From contig JAPDJO010000029.1 in assembly GCA_029259115.1 (NCBI GenBank), positions 60,975 to 124,974 of the forward strand: 64,000 nt of DNA. Reading direction: 5' to 3'. Origin of the DNA: Thermoplasmatota archaeon (GTDB taxonomy: Archaea; Thermoplasmatota; E2; DHVEG-1; B18-G2). Made by a program: the position numbers and the translations under genes. The notes under the pieces were generated by a model. It ran no database searches and was not told where the DNA came from. It saw nothing but the letters and a program-made list of their open reading frames with translations. Positions 1-10,413 of this stretch are shown here, piece by piece (within the stretch, counting starts at the first letter, position 1; each line of letters starts with the position of its first letter).

Positions 1-1
1 A

Positions 2-415
2 TCGATCGGGGTTTATCCTTACAGGATAGGACTTATTGCAAGCTCTATGGCTGATATAATCCTAGAAGAAGCAGAAAATAGAGATTTGGATGTAGATACT
101 ATCGTTGGAATAGCCATAAACGGGATACCCTATGCTACACTTATAGCTGAAGAGCTAGGATTAGAGTTAGCAATATTCAGACCTCACACAGAAAAGGTCG
201 GAGTATTTAGCTCAAACTATGCAAGTGTAAGAGATAAAAGCGTAGTGATAGTGGATGATGTCATAGGAAGTGGGAAAACTATGAGGAAAGCAATAACAGC
301 AACCAAGAAAGAAGGAGGAAAACCTGTTTTGTGTATAACTCTTGTTAACAAAAGAGCTCAGAATGATGTGGATGGTGTTCCTTTAAGAGCCTTAATAAGA
401 ACTAGAGTGATATAA
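2..415 (+). CDS. Orotate phosphoribosyltransferase-like protein (PyrE-like/GfcR family), 5'-partial
   Basis: PRPP-binding motif VVIVDDVIGSG; GIAINGIP. Frame is open upstream of the ATG at 47 to the window edge (SIGVYPYRIGLIASS-M). Confidence 0.8.
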   Translation, partial: SIGVYPYRIGLIASSMADIILEEAENRDLDVDTIVGIAINGIPYATLIAEELGLELAIFRPHTEKVGVFSSNYASVRDKSVVIVDDVIGSGKTMRKAITATKKEGGKPVLCITLVNKRAQNDVDGVPLRALIRTRVI

Positions 416-425
416 GGAGATATCT

Positions 426-1973
426 ATGCACTGGGCCGATGTTCTGGCTTCTCAGCTCGAAGAGGATAGAAGTCATGTTATTGCTACGGGCATAACGCCT
501 TCCGGCCCCATACACATAGGCAACATGAGAGAGATACTTACAGCCGATGCCATCTATAGGGCTGCCATAGATAGAGGGTTAGATGCTGAGCTTATTTATG
601 TAGCAGATGATTTTGATCAGCTTAGAAAAGTCTATCCATTCTTACCAGAGGAATACGAAAAATACGTTGGTATGCCATTATCGGAAATTCCTTGTCCATG
701 TGGAGATCATAGAAGCTATGCCGATCATTTTCTAGAAAGCTTTCTGGAAGCTTTGAAAGAGTTGGGTATAAAGCCAAAGGTTTACAGGGCCTCCAAACTC
801 TACAAGGATGGGAGTTACAACGAGTATATACAAATCGCCTTAGAGAAGAGTGAGGAAATAAAAGAAATCATAGAGAAAATATCAAAAAGAGATTTACCAA
901 AAAATTGGATTCCTTTCAATATACTATGTGAGAACTGCAAAAGATTAACCTCTACCGAACCTCTGCTATATGAGTATCCAAGGATAGAATACAAATGCAG
1001 TTGTGGATACGAAGGAGAGATAGACATAAGGAGAGGAGGGGTAGGAAAGCTGCCATGGAGGGTTGACTGGCCAGCTAGATGGAAGATGCTGGGAGTTACG
1101 TTTGAACCCTTTGGCAAGGATCATGCAGCGGCAGGGAGTTCTTGGGATACAGGAAAAGTAATTTCTGAGAAGATATTTGGATACCCTCCACCACACTACG
1201 TTGTTTACGAGTTTATACAGTTGAAGGGAAAGGGTGCCATGCATAGTTCTAAAGGTACAGCAATAAGTGCAGAGGAAATGCTCAACATGACTCCTCCAGA
1301 AGTATTGAGATTTTTAATAATGAAAAATAAACCTTCAAAACATATAGACTTTGATCCGGGTTTGGGGCTACTAGATCTAGTTGATGAATATGATGAAGAA
1401 GAGAGAGTGTATTTTGGGGTGGAAGAGGAAAAAAGAGGAATGAAAGATCTTAGAAGAATATACGAGTTATCTCAGCCATATAAGATTCCCGAAAAACTTC
1501 CTCTACAGATATCTTATCGTCATCTTGCAACAGTGGTTCAAATAACCAGAGAATGGGATGGAATTGTGAAGATTTTGAAGAGAACCGGTCAAATAAAAGG
1601 TGAACTGGAAAAAGAGGATGAGGAGAGATTAAAAAGTAGAGTGAAACACGTCATATACTGGCTTGATAGATTTGCTCCTGACAGGATAAAATTCAAGCTG
1701 CAAGAAAAACTTCCTAATGTAAATCTGGATGAAGATCAAAAGAAGTTTTTGGAAGAGTATCTAAAGATAGTAAAATCTGTGGAATGGGATGCAGAGAATC
1801 TGCATGAATCTGTATATACAGCAGCCAACAATCTAGGAATAAATCCAAAGATCGGCTTCAAAACGATGTACCAAATCTTACTGAACAAGGAATATGGTCC
1901 CAGACTAGGATACTTTCTGACAACTCTAGGAAGAGATTTTGTTTTGAGGAGAATTGAAGAAGCAATTAAATAG
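426..1973 (+). CDS. lysS: Lysine--tRNA ligase, class I
   Basis: N-terminal HWAD, PSGPIHIGN (HIGH motif), GKLPWRVDWPARW, FEPFGKDH. Confidence 0.97.
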   Translation: MHWADVLASQLEEDRSHVIATGITPSGPIHIGNMREILTADAIYRAAIDRGLDAELIYVADDFDQLRKVYPFLPEEYEKYVGMPLSEIPCPCGDHRSYADHFLESFLEALKELGIKPKVYRASKLYKDGSYNEYIQIALEKSEEIKEIIEKISKRDLPKNWIPFNILCENCKRLTSTEPLLYEYPRIEYKCSCGYEGEIDIRRGGVGKLPWRVDWPARWKMLGVTFEPFGKDHAAAGSSWDTGKVISEKIFGYPPPHYVVYEFIQLKGKGAMHSSKGTAISAEEMLNMTPPEVLRFLIMKNKPSKHIDFDPGLGLLDLVDEYDEEERVYFGVEEEKRGMKDLRRIYELSQPYKIPEKLPLQISYRHLATVVQITREWDGIVKILKRTGQIKGELEKEDEERLKSRVKHVIYWLDRFAPDRIKFKLQEKLPNVNLDEDQKKFLEEYLKIVKSVEWDAENLHESVYTAANNLGINPKIGFKTMYQILLNKEYGPRLGYFLTTLGRDFVLRRIEEAIK

Positions 1974-1996
1974 GTAATCTCTCCTATTATCATGTA

Positions 1997-4355
<2,359 letters not shown>

Positions 4356-4402
4356 AAATCATTTAAATGTTGCTCACTATTAACTTCTTTCGGAGGTAGA
4401 AC

Positions 4403-5620
4403 ATGGTAGATTTCAACACCTTGGATGATTTTGATTTTAATGAGAAGACCGTGTTGCTGAGGGTCGACTTCAACTTACCCTTGGATAAGGAAAGTCTCGA
4501 TATACTCGATACAACAAGGATAGAAAAGAGTTTACCTACAATAGAGGAATTAATTGAAAAGAATGCAAAGATCGTTATTCTCGCGCATCAAGGAAGACCT
4601 GGAAGCTGGGATTTTGTTTCCTTAGATAGGCACGCCAAAGCTCTATCAGATCTTCTCGGGAAAGACGTGAAATTTGTAAATGATGTATGCGGGGACAAAG
4701 CAATAGATGCTATAAAATCCCTAAAACCAAAAGAGATTTTGATGCTTGATAATGTAAGAAAGTTGCCTTATGAAATGGAGAAAAAGAGTGCAGAAGAGCA
4801 TGCAAAGACAGAATTGGTTCAAAGATTATCTAAAGTTGCAGATATATTTGTGAACGATGCATTCTCAGCAGCTCACCGAAAACAGTGCTCCTTGATAGGA
4901 TTTACAGTGGTTATGCCGTCATGCGCTGGAAGATTGATGGAAAGGGAAGTAGAAACCTTGGAGAAGGTTCTGAAAAATCCAGAAAGACCAAATGTATTCA
5001 TATTTGGAGGAGCAAAGTATTCTGATGTTGTAAAAACGATAAAAAAATCTCTTGAGGAGGGAAAGGTTGATTACGTTCTACTTGCGGGCCTTCCTGGAAA
5101 TGCTTTTCTCAAGGTTAAAGGGTACAATCTTGGGGAGATAAATGAAGACGCATTATCTGAAGAATGGAGCGATGATTTAGCAAAAGAAATGAAAGAGATT
5201 ATAGATAGATTCTCTTCAAGTATAATACTGCCGAAAGATTTTGGTATAGAAATAAATGGAACTAGGAGAGATATATTTCTTGAGGATCTCCCTGTGGATT
5301 ATCCTATTTACGATATTGGAGATAAAACCGTATCCGATTTTGTCGAGATCATAAAAGAAGGAAAAACGATATTCTTATCAGGACCTTGTGGCGTCTTTGA
5401 GAAGGAAGATTTCATGAAAGGAACCAAGGAAGTCTTTAAAGCTGTAGCTGAGAGTAAAGCATTTACAGTTGCTGGTGGAGGACACACTATAGCTGCATTA
5501 GATAAACTTGGATTGGTAGATAAAATATCTCATGTAAGTACTGGTGGCGGCTCTTTGGAAAGATTCATGATGGGAGAAAAGTTACCCGTAATCGAAGCTC
5601 TAAAAGCTGCAAAAAGATAA
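4403..5620 (+). CDS. pgk: Phosphoglycerate kinase
   Basis: LRVDFN, AHQGRP, NDAFSAAHR, GGAK, HVSTGGG. Confidence 0.97.
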   Translation: MVDFNTLDDFDFNEKTVLLRVDFNLPLDKESLDILDTTRIEKSLPTIEELIEKNAKIVILAHQGRPGSWDFVSLDRHAKALSDLLGKDVKFVNDVCGDKAIDAIKSLKPKEILMLDNVRKLPYEMEKKSAEEHAKTELVQRLSKVADIFVNDAFSAAHRKQCSLIGFTVVMPSCAGRLMEREVETLEKVLKNPERPNVFIFGGAKYSDVVKTIKKSLEEGKVDYVLLAGLPGNAFLKVKGYNLGEINEDALSEEWSDDLAKEMKEIIDRFSSSIILPKDFGIEINGTRRDIFLEDLPVDYPIYDIGDKTVSDFVEIIKEGKTIFLSGPCGVFEKEDFMKGTKEVFKAVAESKAFTVAGGGHTIAALDKLGLVDKISHVSTGGGSLERFMMGEKLPVIEALKAAKR

Positions 5621-5657
5621 AATGTTAAAATAAAGAATTTCATTTTCTCGGAAACAG

Positions 5658-5729
5658 GGGCCGGTAGATCAGGGGTAGATCGCTGGCTTCGCAAGCCAGA
5701 GGCCACGGGTTCAAATCCCGTCCGGTCCA
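5658..5729 (+). tRNA. tRNA-Ala(CGC); CCA not encoded
   Basis: Acceptor stem GGGCCGG/CCGGTCC with G3:U70 Ala identity pair; D stem GATC/GATC; anticodon stem CTGGC/GCCAG with loop TT-CGC-AA; T arm ACGGG-TTCAAAT-CCCGT. Confidence 0.96.
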
Positions 5730-6982
5730 TCAAATCTATAAGGAGAAAATCTGGTCAACAACCCCAAAAATCGCGTTTTGTTGATTTCGCTCTCCTTATA
5801 AAGGTCTATATAAACCTTTCTATCTCCTTTGCCGCCTGACTTTCCTGCCATCATCAAAGATGGTCTCAGGGCGGCGGCAATCCAGTCTATGGGTAGCTGG
5901 TTATAGTACTGCTCTGCATACCTGACATAATTCTCTGTGGTGGTTATTCTCTCATGACCCAACCAGTTTCTCACCGTATATATATCAAAGTTTCCAGTCT
6001 CTATCTTTGTCTTTATGAGTCTAGCTACTGCACACCAGTGGCGCATGTCGTAAGGCTGAAAATGTCTCCATACCTTCTTTCCGTGTTTACTCAGTTTCTG
6101 TCCGAGTTTTCTGACTGTAACTGGTCTTCCAGATGGCCATAGATAGAGAGCATTTCCAGAATACTGATTCTCAACCTTTGGTCTCCAGTAATCTATCCAG
6201 TTCTTGAATGATTTATGCACCCTTGATGTCATTATAGCCTTCTCAGGTATCAGGGTTCTTTGAGATCTGTGCTTTTTGGTTTCTGTCACGATCAGGTATC
6301 CCATGTCTCCATCCAGAACAACATCATCAACGGTCATGCTCACTATCTCGCTCGGTACCCTCCATCCTATGAGGAAGGAATGGAAGAACAGATACTGATA
6401 GAGAGCATTCTCATAGGGGTCATCCGAATATCTGTAGTTGAAGAATCTGTTTACGGTATTGGGATATGGGAGCATTCTTTTGTGCGAGTGCGGAACCGGT
6501 GGTAGCTTGTAATCCCATCTGGGAATCCCATAAGCCCTGAGGAACATCAGCATCGCCTTCCACTCGTTAGCCAAGGCGTTGGGTGTTGCTCCCTCAACCT
6601 GCTCTCGATAATCCATGTGCCTGATGAAGTTTTCATAATTCGGATTCCTGAAATCAACGGGAACAACTGGATGGGTTTCCATGAACCTTGCATACCTCAG
6701 ATTCTTCTCAACGGTAGATGGTGATAACCTTTGTCTCAGTAAAGCATGCATGGCAACATCATCAAAGGTTGCTTCTTTTGGGTTCAACCTGATGGGACAG
6801 CTGAGCCTGTTAAACTTCCTGAGCTGTTCATACAGCCCCACCATGTTTCTCTTCCATATCTCCTCTCCATTCCATGGTCTCCAGCCTCCATTCGGGAAAA
6901 ACCTTCCCCAATCTCTTCTCTCACCTCCCCCGTGTTTTGATGATGAAGACCTTTGATCCTTTAAATCGTTTTTCTTTCTCAT
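5711..6982 (-). CDS. Tyrosine recombinase/integrase
   Basis: Catalytic residues R (GWRVPSE), K (TETKK), xxR (DMRH), LGH and Y (TENY); 3' end runs through attL into the tRNA T-loop. Confidence 0.93.
   Translation of the reverse strand: MRKKNDLKDQRSSSSKHGGGERRDWGRFFPNGGWRPWNGEEIWKRNMVGLYEQLRKFNRLSCPIRLNPKEATFDDVAMHALLRQRLSPSTVEKNLRYARFMETHPVVPVDFRNPNYENFIRHMDYREQVEGATPNALANEWKAMLMFLRAYGIPRWDYKLPPVPHSHKRMLPYPNTVNRFFNYRYSDDPYENALYQYLFFHSFLIGWRVPSEIVSMTVDDVVLDGDMGYLIVTETKKHRSQRTLIPEKAIMTSRVHKSFKNWIDYWRPKVENQYSGNALYLWPSGRPVTVRKLGQKLSKHGKKVWRHFQPYDMRHWCAVARLIKTKIETGNFDIYTVRNWLGHERITTTENYVRYAEQYYNQLPIDWIAAALRPSLMMAGKSGGKGDRKVYIDLYKESEINKTRFLGLLTRFSPYRFDGPDGI
5718..5803 (+). repeat. attL core plus arm (copy 1)
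   Basis: Ungapped match to 20087-20172 (73/86 by manual alignment) and inverted match to 20024-20085. Confidence 0.9.
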
Positions 6983-6990
6983 TCCTCAAC

Positions 6991-7176
6991 TCATCTCCTC
7001 CTGTTGTTTGGAATCTTGTAATGGTACTTCAGGAAGATCAGAGCCATTCCCAGAACGATGGGAACAGCCCCCTCCTTTATCTTCCCAGCCTGAATCAGAC
7101 CAGCACCATAACTTATCAGCATAATAGCTACACTCATCAGACTCTGATCCTGATCGGGATTTCTTCTCTTCCTCAT
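6991..7176 (-). CDS. Small membrane protein with two hydrophobic helices (61 aa)
   Basis: ATG overlaps the upstream stop (TGATG) with a GGAGG SD; two hydrophobic segments, basic termini. Confidence 0.65.
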   Translation of the reverse strand: MRKRRNPDQDQSLMSVAIMLISYGAGLIQAGKIKEGAVPIVLGMALIFLKYHYKIPNNRRR

Positions 7177-8900
7177 CAGCCTCCCCTCCATACATCAAGT
7201 TTACCAGGGAATGGTTCAAGGAGTATGCGCCTGGCTTGCAGTTGTTTTATGAATTTAGTTGGCTGGGGTATTCCAAGGGATAAGCAGATATCGATGGCTC
7301 TTTCAAAATCGATCAATCCATCATCTCCTCTTTCCTGTTCCAGTTGCTGTATGAATTTCTGAACGGTTTCCTGTGTGACATGTGTGACATTTGTGACATT
7401 TGCATGTGGAAAGCTTTCATCATAATCTTCGAGCTTTCCGTTATTACTTGTCACACTCGTCACACTTGTCACAAACCCTGGAATGTATCTCTTTCCGAGT
7501 TTGTTCATCAGCTTTTCATCCCAGATGATGTATCTTTGATCACGATCTCTCTTTCTCTCTATCCCCAGACTCTTCAGATACTTCCCAACGGATTGAGGAG
7601 TTACCCTTTCAATGCCAAATCTTTCCTTTACCCTGTAGGCTATGTCACTACTCGTTATCCTCTCATAGCCTTCATCCTTCAAAGAAAAGATCGCATTGAC
7701 TATCATCCCCTCAATTGTCTCGCTTCTTTCTTCAACAAGCTCCTCGTTGTATCTTCTGAGAAAATCCCTGAACTCGCTAAGCATATCAGGAATTCCAGAG
7801 AAAAGGAAAGCAAAACTACGCGTCGCCTGGCGCAGTCTTGGTTCTATATCTCCGAGATCAATCTCCTGAATCTTTCTGGAATCTATGGAGTTGTAATTCC
7901 TGAGCCTGAACATCAGAAGCTTGTTTCTAAGTTCTTCCTGTTCCTCGTAGAACTCTGGAGGAAGAACATCAGGTATATCCTTCCTGCTGGTCTCTATCAT
8001 TCTCTCAGTTAAACATCTTGATTCCAGAGCCTTATCCTCGAATGGGCGCCTGGTGGCGATGACCTTCGGGCAGTAAGTTGGAAGAAATTGCAAGGTTTCA
8101 ACATCGTTCTGCCTGCATCTTATGACAGGTCTTCCCCTCTCAAATCCGCAGTTTAGAATTTTGATGACCTCGTTCTTCTCGTTGCTATCTCTGAAATCCG
8201 CTTCATCTAGGATTATCGTCCCCTTCCACTGCCTTATCATCCTGTAGATTGGCGCAGGCGTTACAGCTCCGCTCACCATGCAAGGCTTATAACAGAGACC
8301 GCCAACAACATCAAGGAATCTAGATTTTCCCGTTCCAGTATCTCCAAGAACCCTGAGATATGGAATGGTGTTGACTCTATCATAGAGCCATGTCAAGAGA
8401 ACATACCAGGCTGAGAATCTCTCAAATCTTGGAGAAACATCAACGTATCTATGAATGTGATCCTGGATCTCTCTGACTAAATCTTTCTCTGTTCCATAAT
8501 CCTCGCAGAATGTTGGAAGCTTCACGGCGCCGGTGGACAGGGGATCGTTATCATCGAGTGGAATATAGGGGATGTATTTCCTGATCCCATCTTTAACCTC
8601 GGTTACAATCTCTATGTCTCCATCATCTCCCAGACAGACGAAGACGCCTGGCGGGCTGTTTAATGGATCATAGATCTCCTCGTAGAGAACACCATCTAAG
8701 ACAAAGCCAGATGTTGAGATGATGATCTCCGCATCCTTTTCTCTTTTCCTTGCCATGTTATCCTTTGGCTCGAAATCAGGGCAGTTCTCGGCGCTATCAT
8801 CGCAGGAGATCACATCCATGTAGGGGCAATCCTTACCGTAGTGAGCGCAATCCCTACCGCAGATCAGCCTTGGTTTTCTCTTGCCTCCAGATGCTGACAT
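7176..8900 (-). CDS. Element replication ATPase/helicase-like protein (AAA+/SF3-like) with N-terminal Cys cluster and C-terminal wHTH
   Basis: Walker A GDTGTGKS, Walker B IILDEAD, arginine-finger-like LESRC; N-terminal CxxxCxHxxxxC...C...C; wHTH-like TPQSVGKYLKSLG. Confidence 0.8.
   Translation of the reverse strand: MSASGGKRKPRLICGRDCAHYGKDCPYMDVISCDDSAENCPDFEPKDNMARKREKDAEIIISTSGFVLDGVLYEEIYDPLNSPPGVFVCLGDDGDIEIVTEVKDGIRKYIPYIPLDDNDPLSTGAVKLPTFCEDYGTEKDLVREIQDHIHRYVDVSPRFERFSAWYVLLTWLYDRVNTIPYLRVLGDTGTGKSRFLDVVGGLCYKPCMVSGAVTPAPIYRMIRQWKGTIILDEADFRDSNEKNEVIKILNCGFERGRPVIRCRQNDVETLQFLPTYCPKVIATRRPFEDKALESRCLTERMIETSRKDIPDVLPPEFYEEQEELRNKLLMFRLRNYNSIDSRKIQEIDLGDIEPRLRQATRSFAFLFSGIPDMLSEFRDFLRRYNEELVEERSETIEGMIVNAIFSLKDEGYERITSSDIAYRVKERFGIERVTPQSVGKYLKSLGIERKRDRDQRYIIWDEKLMNKLGKRYIPGFVTSVTSVTSNNGKLEDYDESFPHANVTNVTHVTQETVQKFIQQLEQERGDDGLIDFERAIDICLSLGIPQPTKFIKQLQARRILLEPFPGKLDVWRGG
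7374..7473. repeat. Iteron-like concentric palindrome (putative element origin)
   Basis: TGTGACA at 7374, 7383, 7392; inverse (T/C)GTCACA at 7449, 7458, 7467; inner IR GGAAAGCT (7408)/AGCTTTCC (7432); all share one centre. Confidence 0.8.
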
Positions 8901-8915
8901 GGGTCTGCGCCCTGC

Positions 8916-9173
8916 TCAGCTAAAATCTCTTTTCCCTCCGTTGCTGTCCCTGTTTCTCTCACTGTAGCCATTGTTACCGTAGCCGTTACCATACTTGAGA
9001 TAGTAATAGAGAGGTTTGCATCTCTTCCTGAAGAATGCCAGAGCCAGGCGGAAGGCGTCCACGTTTATATCCCTTGAAGATATCTCCCTGGCATCCTCAA
9101 GGCACTCAAGGAAAATCCTCTTCTGGTACTCGCCATAAGGTCTCCTCCTACCGTTAAACCCATTCCCATTCAT
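8916..9173 (-). CDS. Hypothetical protein, first gene of the element core operon
   Basis: 85-aa ORF co-oriented with, and 15 nt upstream of, the ATPase; NG-rich termini. Confidence 0.6.
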   Translation of the reverse strand: MNGNGFNGRRRPYGEYQKRIFLECLEDAREISSRDINVDAFRLALAFFRKRCKPLYYYLKYGNGYGNNGYSERNRDSNGGKRDFS

Positions 9174-9278
9174 GTTTTGTTTTTCTGTTGATTCTGGGTT
9201 TTAAAGAAGTTGAGGGGTTAAGTGCGAGTAATAATTCAGGATAGCAAAGAAGGCAAGAAAACGGAGAGTATTAGAATA

Positions 9279-10184
9279 TCACCATTCGTAGCTATCTAAA
9301 ATATTCCCAAAATTATCTCTCAAATAGGCGGTATCATGATCGTTGTTCCAGACTGGAGAACCCCTGTTCCAGTATAGGTCTCCTTCTGTATCTGTTCCAT
9401 ATCCAGTATGAACTGTTACAGTAGAATTCACATCAAGAATAAAAGACAATGGAAAGGTGTAAACGTGATTTGCTTCATCACTCAAAGTAAAGCCTCCCAT
9501 ATAGACGGGTTCATATCCTTTGTTCTCTATCACAACATACTCATCATTTAGATTTTCTCTGTCATCACCCTCTGCATCGTAGTGAACATAGACTATATCA
9601 AGATGGATCTCCTCAGGACTGTAGCTATAATTCCACAATCCCACTTTGTTTTCCATGGCTTGATCCTGGAGAGTCAGGTAATAATCCTTCTTGTGAAAGT
9701 TTCCCTCTTCATAGACTCTAGCATATCCTCTCTTCAAAAGCTCGGCATTGAAATCTGTTCCATTCTTGAGGTAAACGTAACATAACCATCTTCCGTAGTA
9801 TCCTTTAAACCCAGCTAGATCATCAAACTGAATATAGACTTCTTTTCCTTCAAGCCATGATTCGGTGAAATTTGTAGCCTTCTCTGCCCAGAATGATAGA
9901 TGGTAAAGATTGTTGATACCATTATACTCGTTAAGCTTGTTCTTATTGGGATCTTTCTCTGGAGTATCCACTCCTAAAAGTCTTACTCTTCCTGTGCTTC
10001 CATCCGGAAACTTAGCATCAAATGTATCTCCATCTATGACGTATGTAACTGTGACAGTATAATTTACTCCGTACTGAAAACCTTCCGATACCGATGGAGA
10101 TTGGTTCTCCTTCTCCTCATTTATACAGCCTGAAAAAACTGCAAAAATGAATATGCTTAAGATTATGAATATTCGCAGTTTCAC
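9279..10184 (-). CDS. Thermonuclease (SNase) plus lamin-tail domain lipoprotein
   Basis: Lipobox VFSGC; VIDGDT, RVRLLGVDTPE, YGRWL, GLW; LTD motifs NDEYVVIEN and VWNNDHDT. Confidence 0.9.
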   Translation of the reverse strand: MKLRIFIILSIFIFAVFSGCINEEKENQSPSVSEGFQYGVNYTVTVTYVIDGDTFDAKFPDGSTGRVRLLGVDTPEKDPNKNKLNEYNGINNLYHLSFWAEKATNFTESWLEGKEVYIQFDDLAGFKGYYGRWLCYVYLKNGTDFNAELLKRGYARVYEEGNFHKKDYYLTLQDQAMENKVGLWNYSYSPEEIHLDIVYVHYDAEGDDRENLNDEYVVIENKGYEPVYMGGFTLSDEANHVYTFPLSFILDVNSTVTVHTGYGTDTEGDLYWNRGSPVWNNDHDTAYLRDNFGNILDSYEW

Positions 10185-10343
10185 ATGTGTAAAGAGATTA
10201 CTTGTATTTTAAACATAACATCTAGATTCACAAGGAAACAAATTTCTGAAATTTCAAAGAAGCTAATGTACAAGTAATAGTCTACGCGATAAATATCCAA
10301 AATTGAGGTAAATATAAAATTGATCTAAAATTTTATTCTTAAA

Positions 10344-10396
10344 TTTTTGATCAAAAAATTTAAAAACTCAAAATCTATACTCTTTTTGATCAAAAA
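10344..10396. promoter_or_regulatory. Paired 14-bp palindromes TTTTTGATCAAAAA flanking a TATA-like box upstream of the DGQHR gene
   Basis: Perfect palindromes at 10344-10357 and 10383-10396; TTTAAAAA at 10359-10366; SD AGGTGA at 10401. Confidence 0.65.
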
Positions 10397-10413
10397 AAGA
10401 AGGTGATAAAAAA

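Noticed and set aside
5711-6982. SSV1-type split integrase (intN/intC)
   Set aside because: All catalytic motifs lie in one ORF; only the extreme tail crosses att.
6986-7219. 77-aa minus-strand ORF and the overlapping 162-aa plus-strand ORF (6874-7362)
   Set aside because: Alternative frames of the 61-aa gene, which has the SD and stop-start coupling.
7374-7473. Short repeats considered as a CRISPR array
   Set aside because: 7-bp units with no unique spacers; no cas genes or CRISPR-like array seen anywhere in the window.
7344-8012. 222-aa plus-strand ORF
   Set aside because: Antisense shadow of the ATPase gene; its CDMCDICDIC start is only the iteron repeat read in another frame.
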